Source: Planctomycetota bacterium
GTDB lineage: Bacteria; Planctomycetota; Planctomycetia; Isosphaerales; Isosphaeraceae
Reading direction: 5' to 3'
NCBI GenBank assembly: GCA_021808995.1
Contig: JAKBAP010000001.1
Location: forward strand, 1-46,260
DNA length: 46,260 bases
Part shown: positions 30,301 through 38,251 of the stretch, piece by piece
Position numbering within the stretch: position 1 is the first letter of the stretch
Layout of the letters: the number at the start of each line of letters is the position of its first letter
Notes under the pieces: generated by a model
What the model was told of the DNA's origin: nothing
Database searches by the model: none
The model's input: the letters and a program-made list of their open reading frames with translations, nothing else
Program-made: the position numbers and the translations under genes

Positions 30301-31087
30301 CGCGTCGGGCGCTGAGCTCACCCTCGAGAATTGCACGCTCACCATCGCCTCGACCCGAGCCGGCGCGACGGCCCTGGTGGTCCCGCCGCCAACCTCGGCC
30401 CGGATCGATTCCAGCACCCCACGCGAAGCGGTCATTCGGGTTCGCGATTGTTTCCTGCGGTCCGGAGGCGACGGCGTCGCCGTCACGGGCGGGCGCAGGC
30501 TCGACCTCGAGCTCACCAACGTCCTGGCGTCCAGCGAAGGGAGCCTGATCCACGCCCATGGCGCGGCGCGGGGGGGGCGGACCGAGAAATTCGCCGTCAA
30601 CCTGCGAATCGACCAATCCACTCTCCGCGTCAAGGGAGGGGTGGTCCACCTCGACAGCACGCCCGACGCGCCCCGGATCTCCTCGGCCTCGATCGTCGCC
30701 GAGCACACGATCATCACCACCGCCGACAGCATCGACCCGATCTTCCGCCTCGACGGCCAGGACCAGCTCGACGACCTCAACGACAAAATCCGCTGGGAAT
30801 CCCTGGCCGTCGTCTATGACCACATCAAAACATACCGACGAGACGAAGTCGTCGGCTTCGGCGTGATGCCCCGGGTCTACGACCGCGCCCATTGGCTCTC
30901 GGTCTTCCAGCCCAAGGAAGAATCACCCTCCCTGGTCGAGGTCAAGTTCTCGAATCCCGCCGGGTCGTCCGTGAGCGCGTGGACGCTCGACAAGGACAAT
31001 CTCCGCCTCCCCGCCACGAGCCCCGTCCACGATCTCGGCCCCGACCTAGACCGCGTCCCGGACGCGCCCAGGTCAAGCGCCCTCTGA
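27317..31087 (+). CDS. Membrane Ser/Thr protein kinase with large extracytoplasmic region
   Basis: GEGGMGAVF, VALK, HRDIKPSN, DMGLA, GTFDYISPEQ, SDLYSLG; TM segment AAGFVLVLLALVAW; two beta-helix-like C-terminal domains. Confidence 0.93.
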   Translation: MLTPQESGPKGDAESDQPKGAGRIDGAFASAGAADAPTVQRGSGSSSRKAAGANSDTARTIPRPGDQIGGFLLEQVIGEGGMGAVFRAVDPRLDREVALKLLPLAQDADPEVVQRFLEEGRSAARLDHENVARVYSIGQDGPYHYIAFEYIAGETIRQRVETTGPLTPAQAITITLEIAHALVHSASRGVVHRDIKPSNIIITPQGRAKLVDMGLARRFEREGDQGLTQTGVTLGTFDYISPEQARDPRDVDIRSDLYSLGCTLYHMLTGHPPFPGGTWLQKLIQHQEERPPDPRSERPEIPASLAALTVKLMAKDRERRCQSPEILVRDLIVIAADLGVDLGGDGHGWGDPLPRAAWERHLAWSAPAAGFVLVLLALVAWNRETPDPAAPRPERPVVAARPIEPARVGGPESKPSAGGDPSPPVEPPQFNPRTIPVSSNEDLLEILSQAPPRSVVVLADDGPYRIGGRAWSSRPTPPLANLDLTIKPEAGVRPVIRFASDAFLAERPSSTIFEFIGGRIVLDGLDFEVESTDGNLALTAIKVDGAELTIRGCTFRRPSSQGAENVTALAIKAFEGRSWTERPPAVVVDASHFDGDQIGLRASGAVDVVLRDCTMGPGVPSFLLGDSARPTNSPVELRLMHSSILVGETEVFRIKGGPARVWADDCVIARSGARSGTLVAVPDERELIWRGRSNLYGGIGEFLRVGGADKGVDFARWSDAASLRETGGRAVSASPWAAAEPAVTLKKYRENPSRAFQLAAAGGGQAGARQGPQGAIPRPVIAAPPEVNLVASKDPARPLDQADTFARPGSRGEPIIDELTNPRAIRDPKGEADDPMTLPTMPPSTQLEAENRPPANPDPPVVQSPTQESRPTSPERDADRELKQTDPAMVHDASRLADELRRAGQRGGIVTLAPGSRIDTPTIVLEGDGRREILAGPDGERPRLRLRIPAGSPPLANAWTTLLDLRSGSLRIKGVDLIVTETDPSSSARVAAVGVASGAELTLENCTLTIASTRAGATALVVPPPTSARIDSSTPREAVIRVRDCFLRSGGDGVAVTGGRRLDLELTNVLASSEGSLIHAHGAARGGRTEKFAVNLRIDQSTLRVKGGVVHLDSTPDAPRISSASIVAEHTIITTADSIDPIFRLDGQDQLDDLNDKIRWESLAVVYDHIKTYRRDEVVGFGVMPRVYDRAHWLSVFQPKEESPSLVEVKFSNPAGSSVSAWTLDKDNLRLPATSPVHDLGPDLDRVPDAPRSSAL

Positions 31088-31093
31088 GCCGCC

Positions 31094-32266
31094 TCACCCC
31101 CCCCGCGCGAGCCGAGCGAGCGCCTCCGCCGGGTTTCCCGACTCGACGCGATCCAGAGCATCCACAATACACTGTACATGCGATCCGCGAAACGGCACGG
31201 CCGCGAAAGCGGGGGGCGGGTCGCCCACGATCCGTTCGGCGATCAGGCGGGCGAGCTCGCCGAGACCCTGTCCGCGCTCCGCGGAGATCGCCAGCTCCAC
31301 CCCGACCTGGTCGAGGGACCACGCTGGCGGTAGGTCGCTCTTGTTGGCGACCACGATCCGAGCTTGGTGGGGTTGACTCAGCAGGTGAAAATCACTGGGC
31401 TCAAGGGGCATGGAACCGTCCAGGACGAGCAGGACCAGGTCCGCGTGAGCGCGGGCGGCCCTCGCCCGCTCGATTCCTTGGCGTTCGATGGAATCGATGG
31501 CTTCTCGTTCGCCGGCGGTGTCGACGAGCTCGATCGGCCATCCCTCGAGCGCGAGCTCACAGGTCACCACGTCGCGGGTGGTGCCTGGCCGGTGGTCGAC
31601 GAGTGCTCGCTCTCGCCCGATGATCGCGTTCATGAGGCGGCTTTTGCCCACGTTGGGTCGACCGGCCAATGCGACGGTCCATCCCCGGGCAAGCCTGAGC
31701 CCGATACCCGAGCGCTGGATCAGGGTCTTGAGCCGCCCGACCAGCGCCTCGCGATCAGCGACCACGAGCCGGGCGATCGCCGCGATTTCGCGGTCGAGAG
31801 CGCCATCGGCCTGGTCGAGCAAGATCGCCGCCGTCTTGAGCGTGGCCGCGAGGGGCAGATCCTCAAGGGCCTGCGTGGCGATCACGCTCTGGGCCGTCGT
31901 GGCCGCGACGAGACCGGGCTCGGCCCGCGCTGCCCCGGCCTGGATCAGCGTGTGCATCACCGCGAGCGGGGCCGCCCGTCCGCCGTGGCACTGGATCTCA
32001 AGGATTCCCTGGTCATCGAGGATCTCGACGACCACCTGATCACCCACGCCGCAAGCTCCCAGGCGGCCGACCCTCGGCCGGCCTGGTCGCATTCGCGCCA
32101 GGCCGATCCCCGACGCCGGCCGAAACAACCGATCGACCATCGCGAGCGAGCCTGGTCCCCACACCCGGACCACGGCGATCGCGCCCGCGCCCGGCGGCGT
32201 GATCACCGCCGCGCGCGTCGACCCTGGAATCTCACTCTCGGCTGGATGCGGTTTCTCGGTGTCCAC
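31094..32266 (-). CDS. MnmE/TrmE-like GTPase, short form
   Basis: TPPGAGAIAVVRV, EIQCHGG, GRPNVGKS, GTTRD, DTAG, NKSD, ISA; lacks the C-terminal FCxGK. Confidence 0.85.
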   Translation of the reverse strand: MDTEKPHPAESEIPGSTRAAVITPPGAGAIAVVRVWGPGSLAMVDRLFRPASGIGLARMRPGRPRVGRLGACGVGDQVVVEILDDQGILEIQCHGGRAAPLAVMHTLIQAGAARAEPGLVAATTAQSVIATQALEDLPLAATLKTAAILLDQADGALDREIAAIARLVVADREALVGRLKTLIQRSGIGLRLARGWTVALAGRPNVGKSRLMNAIIGRERALVDHRPGTTRDVVTCELALEGWPIELVDTAGEREAIDSIERQGIERARAARAHADLVLLVLDGSMPLEPSDFHLLSQPHQARIVVANKSDLPPAWSLDQVGVELAISAERGQGLGELARLIAERIVGDPPPAFAAVPFRGSHVQCIVDALDRVESGNPAEALARLARGG

Positions 32267-32306
32267 CAGACTCGCTTCACGCTCGACGGCCCAACATGTT
32301 CACGCC

Positions 32307-33089
32307 TTAATTGTATCCCTTGTCGGCGGGGTTGAGAGCGCCCGAGGCATTCAAGAGCCCGTTCACCACCATGATGACCCGGCCCGAGCCCAGGGTGCCG
32401 GGGCGCGGATGGGCGTCCGGAATAAACTGAAACCGGACATCGCCCAGGCCCATGTTCCAGTTGTTGACGCTGCTGGGCGCGTTCCCGTTCGCCAGCGGGC
32501 TTATGAGCGTCCCATTGCTATTGAGATAGTTGCCCGGGAAATTTCCCGAACCTGGGATCGCCGTGCCGGCCCCGGTAAACATCGTGCCCGAGCTCGCGTC
32601 ATGCACCCAGTTCAGGTGGGTGGGCAAGCCGTGGACCTCGGTCCCGGTCGGACCGGAGAGATCAAGCACGATGCTCGCGCCCGTGTTCAGGGCTGCCCCG
32701 CTCAGGAAATTGACCACGCCCGTCACGGTTCCACTCGGACTCGAGGGCTCGAAGATGAAGAACTGAAAATGGAGTCGACGGGAAAAGTTGCTGGTCGACG
32801 GCTTGCCATAGCCATGGATCGAGATCGATTGGGTGCTGAATCGGCCGGGGCCGACCGTGTAATAGCCGATGGATCGCGCTGTGAACGACTCACGCTTGAC
32901 CTCGGCCGCCGTTGGCTGAGGTGTCCCCGGCGGATACAGGATCGGCACGAATTGCTGAACGTCGAGCGCGGGATAGTGGCGGCCAGGAAGAGCTGGCCCG
33001 AGCGACGACATGAGCTCACGGTCCTCAAGCCCCTCGAGCCTGGGCCGTAGGCGCTTCGATCGGCGATCGCGCGGCGTTTCGATGCTCAT
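32307..33089 (-). CDS. Hypothetical protein with LEGLEDRELM leader (paralog 3 of 3)
   Basis: Leader plus domain shared with the two upstream ORFs; AGGAG RBS. Confidence 0.85.
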   Translation of the reverse strand: MSIETPRDRRSKRLRPRLEGLEDRELMSSLGPALPGRHYPALDVQQFVPILYPPGTPQPTAAEVKRESFTARSIGYYTVGPGRFSTQSISIHGYGKPSTSNFSRRLHFQFFIFEPSSPSGTVTGVVNFLSGAALNTGASIVLDLSGPTGTEVHGLPTHLNWVHDASSGTMFTGAGTAIPGSGNFPGNYLNSNGTLISPLANGNAPSSVNNWNMGLGDVRFQFIPDAHPRPGTLGSGRVIMVVNGLLNASGALNPADKGYN

Positions 33090-33126
33090 TGATCGACTCC
33101 TTCCATACCACCCATGCCGCCGGTCC

Positions 33127-33972
33127 TCACGAATAATACTTAGAGACCGCGCTCGCCATCTGGTTGTAATTCAAGAGCCCCTGGAACGTGACGATCGCCT
33201 GTCCGGAACCCATGGTCCCGGGCTGGGCGTGGGGCGACGGCCGATAGACGATGTCAAGCGTGCCCGTCCCCTGCGTGAATCCAGCGGGAGCGATGAATGG
33301 ACCGCCACTGTTGGTGTCGAAGGTCCAAGACAACTGCCTTGGCAGCGGGCCGTTGGCCGCCGGGTCGCCCTGCGCTCCATGAAGGTCCAGGACCAAGAGC
33401 CCGCCAGACTGAAGATAGTTTTCCGGGAAGAGCCCCGCGATGCCGGTGGTCTGGCCAGCGTAGGGGTCGCCAGGCGTCGGCGTGGCGTTCGGGTCGGCGG
33501 GGGGAAAGAGGGCGATCTGGAACTTTCCCTTGAGAAAGGCGTTTGAACCGCCATCGACACCATAGAAATGGATCGTGCTCGCGCGGTCGCTAAACCGCGG
33601 TGTACCGATCGTGTAATGGCCGATCCAGCGAGCGGTGAAGGTTTCCCGCTTGATTTCCCGAGGCGAGGGGGTCATCGGAGTGGCCGAGCCGGGACCATAG
33701 AGCAGGTTCGCCGACTGGGCGATGACCCTGGGATTCAGGAACGGCCCCTGGGGTTGCGACCCGTAAAAGCCATGATGGCTCCCGACCCTCGCCTGGGCGA
33801 TTTCAGCCTGGAGCGCCGAGACGTAAGCCGGGACTCGAGCGGTTTGGTGAGTGATCCCGATCCGAGAGGGCAGATCGCGCTTTTCCAGCGGTTCGAGCGC
33901 CGGCCGCGCGGCGGCCCGTGCGCGCCGGCGCGGTCTTTCGCCTTTGATCCAGCCGTCGTCGACGAAACCCAT
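33127..33972 (-). CDS. Hypothetical protein with LEPLEKRDLP leader (paralog 2 of 3)
   Basis: Leader plus shared domain (EIKRETFTA..GHYTIGTPRFS..TIHFYG). Confidence 0.85.
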   Translation of the reverse strand: MGFVDDGWIKGERPRRRARAAARPALEPLEKRDLPSRIGITHQTARVPAYVSALQAEIAQARVGSHHGFYGSQPQGPFLNPRVIAQSANLLYGPGSATPMTPSPREIKRETFTARWIGHYTIGTPRFSDRASTIHFYGVDGGSNAFLKGKFQIALFPPADPNATPTPGDPYAGQTTGIAGLFPENYLQSGGLLVLDLHGAQGDPAANGPLPRQLSWTFDTNSGGPFIAPAGFTQGTGTLDIVYRPSPHAQPGTMGSGQAIVTFQGLLNYNQMASAVSKYYS

Positions 33973-33985
33973 GGCCGCCTGCCCC

Positions 33986-34957
33986 TCAGTTGATTCCCTG
34001 GAAGAGCGCGTTCAGCGTCCCGCTCTCATGCACGAGCCCCTGAATGCGAACCACCACTGTCCCCGACTGGCTCGCCCCGGCACGCAAGCGACCATCGGGC
34101 TTATAAAAGACCTCGATCAAGCCCATCCCCTGGGTATAGGCGACCGCCCCCCCCGCGCCCCCCTGAACGGCGATCGGTTGACCCGTGGAAGGGTTGGTCT
34201 GAACCGCCGGCGTGGTCGCGTAGGCGGGATTGGTGAACGCCCCCGCCCCCGTCGTGTCGAGCGTGAAACCCAGCCGCGAGGGAAGCCCATGCTGGAGCGC
34301 CTGGGGCGCGTTGCTGGGCACGCCCGGCAGATTGTTGACATCAAAGAGGATCTGATCGGAGGTTTGCAGGTAATTGCCCGGGATGATCGAGGAGATCCCG
34401 GCGATCTGGCCCGCGACGGGGTCGAGGGTGGTCGGCGTCGCCGAGGGGTCGGCTGGGGGGAACAAGAGCAACTGCGCCCGGCCTTGCAAGAACCAGTTCG
34501 AGGCCACGCTTCGGCCATCGCTATAGATATGGATCGTGGCCGACTGATTGGAAAACCGGGGCGCTCCCACCGAGTAGCGACCGGTGTAAGTGGCCCAGAA
34601 GGTCTGCCTACGAAGCTCGTGGGGAGTTGGCTGGGCCGAGGCGTAGGTCCCCGCCGGAAACACCTGCCCACCAATCGCGATCGGCTGGGTCGTAGTGACC
34701 GGGGCGTAAAGCGTGCTCGCCAGTGAATCGATATAGTTTTGGTTGACCCACCGAGGCGTGGCCGCCGCCGACTGAGCATTCTGGGCCGCCGGCCGAGCGC
34801 CCGCGAGCACCAGATTGAGCGCCGGCACGTTGACGCGCGGATGATCCACCCGGCCCATGATATGCAACCCCGACGGCAGCTCGCGGTGCTCGAGCCGCTC
34901 GATATCAGGTCGGCATCCCCGTCCGAGGGCTTCCCGTCGCCGGCTTCCCGCTCGCAT
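33986..34957 (-). CDS. Hypothetical protein with IERLEHRELP leader (paralog 1 of 3); start may be 34996
   Basis: GAGGAG RBS before ATG 34957; shared domain (ELRRQTFWA..GRYSVGAPRFS..TIHIY). Confidence 0.85.
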   Translation of the reverse strand: MRAGSRRREALGRGCRPDIERLEHRELPSGLHIMGRVDHPRVNVPALNLVLAGARPAAQNAQSAAATPRWVNQNYIDSLASTLYAPVTTTQPIAIGGQVFPAGTYASAQPTPHELRRQTFWATYTGRYSVGAPRFSNQSATIHIYSDGRSVASNWFLQGRAQLLLFPPADPSATPTTLDPVAGQIAGISSIIPGNYLQTSDQILFDVNNLPGVPSNAPQALQHGLPSRLGFTLDTTGAGAFTNPAYATTPAVQTNPSTGQPIAVQGGAGGAVAYTQGMGLIEVFYKPDGRLRAGASQSGTVVVRIQGLVHESGTLNALFQGIN

Positions 34958-35013
34958 CAACCCACTCCTCTCACCCCAAACCCCCGTCCCGCCCACGCCC
35001 GAGCCCTGGTATT

Positions 35014-36678
35014 TCAGGGAAGAATCCGCTCGCCCACCGCCGTGTTCAAATCCAGGATCGCGCGGCGATGACGAACCATCGCGTCACGATACGCCCGAAC
35101 CACGTCGTTGAAATCTTGCTGGGCCGCCAGATACTCAAGGGCGCTGGTGTTGCCGCCCCGGAACCGGTCGAGGGCCTTGTCGCGGGCACTCCGCGAGGTC
35201 GGAATGATCTCGGTTCGCAGCCGTTCGACGGCCGCCCGGCTTTGCTCGAGCTCTTGCTCGGCGTTCAAGACATCGCTCACGACTGTCCGCTCCTGGCTCG
35301 CCATCTGGATCTCGGTCTGCGGAATGTTGATCTTGGCCCGCGCGACGTTCCCCTGGTTGCGATTAAAAAGCGGAACCGTCGCGGTGACGCCCAGCGTCCA
35401 CGAATAGGCGCTCGGAACCCCGAGATAGGTGTTGTTTTGCAGGGTATAGGGCTGATAAAGCAGATAGACGTCGGGATAGCCGTTAGCCTTCGCGAGCTTG
35501 AGGTCGGCGTTGGCCCGTCGAATGGCGATCCGGGCCGCGGCCAGATCCGGGCGCCGCTCAAGCCCCTTGGCCACCAGGTCGGTCCGCGACAACGGAGCCG
35601 ACTGCAAGAGCCCCACCGAGTCCCGCACCCGAATGTCGTCAACCCGATCCAGCGGCATGTTCAGGATCAAGGCCAACGCGCGATTGGCCTTGGACCGCGC
35701 GATGATCGCCTCTTGCAACTGGAGCTCGGACTTCATCACGTTGGCCTTCATCGTCAGCACATCCGACTGCTGGACCTGATCCCCCTTATAGAGGAGCTCG
35801 GTGAGCTTGAGCACCTTGCGAATACCCGTCAGATAGAGCTCGCTGAACTGCACCGTGAGACCGGCGGCGACCACGTCCTCGTAAAAGGTATAAAGATTGT
35901 CGATCTGATTGCGCACCGCGTCCTGGAGCTGGGCCTCGGTCACGTACTTGGCGGCCTTGGCCGATTCGATCCGCGCCAGCCTCTTGAACGTGACATCCAG
36001 AGGAAGGTTCAGGTTGATATCACTCTGGGGTGGCCCGCCCGGGCGCAGGAACGAGAAATGACCGTAGGGAATGAGCTGGGTGTCCGCGTAAAAGACCGGG
36101 TTGGCGCGCAAGCCCGCCGTGAGGAGGTCGGCCTGGGCCATCGGGATCTCCAGGCGGGCCGCCTGGAGGTCGAGGTTTTGCTTGACCACGATCTCGATCG
36201 CCGTGTCCAGGTTCATCCCGTTTTCGGGTCCAAACATGACGAAATCGGCCGGCAAGTCGAGCTCGCCATACTGAGGGACCTGCGCCTCCGTCGCGATCTG
36301 AGTGATCGCCTGCTGCGCGCCCTGGGTCCGAAAGACAGGCATTCCCGGGCTGGCGAAGGCGGCGGCCGGGACATGGGTCCCCTGCGGTCCAGGCCGGCCG
36401 CTCAAGGGGGCGTTCGACGGAGTGTCGTACGACGGGAAATTGGCCGAGCCCAGCGGCTGGCCGACCATGCTGGCCCCTCCGGCCGCGCCCGGAGGCGCTC
36501 CCACGTCAAACTGCGGCCCCTGCGCATGGGCCGCCGTCGATGTCAGCCAGACCGCGATAATCAGGGCGCACACTCGACTCGCCTTGGCATGAAGCCACGC
36601 TCGTCGCCCGCCCCCATGGCTCGATCCGTTCCTGGTCCACGACCTGGAACCGAGCCGTTCCCCATCCTGACGATCCAT
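35014..36678 (-). CDS. TolC/CzcC-like outer membrane efflux protein
   Basis: Signal peptide; LDTAIEIVVKQNLDLQA, AGLRANP, ERRPDLAAAR, VPLFNRNQGNV, LEYLAAQ, LNTAVG repeat pattern; AGGAGG RBS. Confidence 0.9.
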   Translation of the reverse strand: MDRQDGERLGSRSWTRNGSSHGGGRRAWLHAKASRVCALIIAVWLTSTAAHAQGPQFDVGAPPGAAGGASMVGQPLGSANFPSYDTPSNAPLSGRPGPQGTHVPAAAFASPGMPVFRTQGAQQAITQIATEAQVPQYGELDLPADFVMFGPENGMNLDTAIEIVVKQNLDLQAARLEIPMAQADLLTAGLRANPVFYADTQLIPYGHFSFLRPGGPPQSDINLNLPLDVTFKRLARIESAKAAKYVTEAQLQDAVRNQIDNLYTFYEDVVAAGLTVQFSELYLTGIRKVLKLTELLYKGDQVQQSDVLTMKANVMKSELQLQEAIIARSKANRALALILNMPLDRVDDIRVRDSVGLLQSAPLSRTDLVAKGLERRPDLAAARIAIRRANADLKLAKANGYPDVYLLYQPYTLQNNTYLGVPSAYSWTLGVTATVPLFNRNQGNVARAKINIPQTEIQMASQERTVVSDVLNAEQELEQSRAAVERLRTEIIPTSRSARDKALDRFRGGNTSALEYLAAQQDFNDVVRAYRDAMVRHRRAILDLNTAVGERILP

Positions 36679-37097
36679 TCCGATCGACCTCCTGTCGTTC
36701 GGACGCCCATTCGGCCGACTGCCTGTTCCGGGGCCGACGTCCTGTCAGCCTGAAACACGATGAACCCATCATCTCGACGCCGGCGAACAAGCCCGACGAC
36801 CGTGGTCCGCGATTCGCGACCATGCGCCAAGAATGGCGCGAAGACATGGTGAGAAATGATGGTTTACTTCGTATACCGAATCCCGCGAGAGACGTGAAGG
36901 CCGATTTACAATGAAAATCAAAGGGACCGTCAAGATCCGCCGATCGGCGGCTTGTTGCAAAACCGGTGGAAACGCCGTCTAATACGGTTGAATGAAAGGA
37001 AGCCATGGCGATCCGTGACCGGCCGCGGCCGCCGAGGTTTCCCGTACCCCGCCGCGCCGGCGGGCGCGAGCACCCCACCCCAAGGAAATCCTCGACC

Positions 37098-37625
37098 ATG
37101 GCCGACGATCCGGCGCGTTACCCTAGACGTCAACTGATCACGGCCGCGGGCACCCTCGGCCTGGGCCTGGTCGCGACCGGATCAGCCGCCGCGCGGGAAG
37201 AGAGTGATTCACCCCGATCCAGGCGCATCAGCGAGGAAGCCGTCGTCGGAACCAGCGTCGTCAGGTCGCCCGATTACAGCGAAGCGAAAAAATACTCCCT
37301 GATCCACGTCCTCGAGCATGTCTTCCACCAGGACGAGGTCGTTGACTCCGGCTTTCCAGTCACCCGGACCAAGGACTTCACGATCAGTCCCGCCGTCAAG
37401 CTTGCCCTGGTCACGATGAGCGGCTTCGAGGTCTGGCTCGGCACGACGGAACAAGAGTACTACGCCGCCACGTCCCGGCTCGGGGTCCATGCCGCCCTTG
37501 AGGCCGATTTCGCCCGCCATGCGCTCACGGTCAAGGCCCGCGCGAACTACCGGTTCTGGGGAAAAGTCGACTGCGAGTGGACCTGGCGATGCCACGTCGT
37601 GGTCCACTGCCATGGCGAAGCCTGA
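37098..37625 (+). CDS. Tat-signal hypothetical protein (paralog A); alternative start 37005
   Basis: PRRQLITAAGTLGLG...AAA signal; gapless alignment with the next ORF. Confidence 0.85.
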   Translation: MADDPARYPRRQLITAAGTLGLGLVATGSAAAREESDSPRSRRISEEAVVGTSVVRSPDYSEAKKYSLIHVLEHVFHQDEVVDSGFPVTRTKDFTISPAVKLALVTMSGFEVWLGTTEQEYYAATSRLGVHAALEADFARHALTVKARANYRFWGKVDCEWTWRCHVVVHCHGEA

Positions 37626-37706
37626 TCCCCGCTCCGCTTGAAATCGCCCATCTGAAGCCCGAAAACACCACCCCAACCACGAAAACCCCGACCAGGACCA
37701 CCGACC

Positions 37707-38237
37707 ATGTCCAGCGATCCGTCGAAAGACAGCCGGCGAGATCTCCTCGCGGCGGCAAGCGCCCTCGGCCTGGGGGCGTTCCTGTCCGGGAACACCCAGG
37801 CGGCCCAGGACCGAACGCAATGGGTGCGATCCCGGAAAATCAGCGAGGAGGTCGTCGTCGGCAACAGCATCGCCAAGGCCCCCAATTACAAGGAAGGGGC
37901 GAAACTCTCCCTGATCCAGGTGATCGAGCACGTCTTCAAGCAAGACGAGGACACCGCCGCCGGCTACCCCGTGACCAGAACCAAGGAATTCAAGGTCAAG
38001 CCCACGACCAAGCTAGCGGTGGCGACACTGAGCGGTTTCGAGTTCTGGTTTGGCACCCCCGAGCAAGAATACATGTTCGCCAAGTCGCGCGAGGGAGTGA
38101 ACGCCGCCCTCGAGGCGGATCTCTCCCATGGCTCACTGACCCTCAAGCTCCGCGCGAACGCCAGGCGATCCAACCGCATCGACTACGAATGGACCTGGAG
38201 ATGCCACGTCGTGATCCAATGCTTTGGCGATGCGTGA
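37707..38237 (+). CDS. Tat-signal hypothetical protein (paralog B)
   Basis: SRRDLLAAASALGLG...TQA signal; about 60% identical to paralog A over the mature region by hand count. Confidence 0.87.
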   Translation: MSSDPSKDSRRDLLAAASALGLGAFLSGNTQAAQDRTQWVRSRKISEEVVVGNSIAKAPNYKEGAKLSLIQVIEHVFKQDEDTAAGYPVTRTKEFKVKPTTKLAVATLSGFEFWFGTPEQEYMFAKSREGVNAALEADLSHGSLTLKLRANARRSNRIDYEWTWRCHVVIQCFGDA

Positions 38238-38251
38238 ACACCACCCCGAAC

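Noticed and set aside
36956..36983. ECF-type promoter TGCAAAAC...CGTCTAAT upstream of the Tat pair
   Set aside because: The spacing is shorter than the usual AAC-N16/17-CGT, so it is not supportable.
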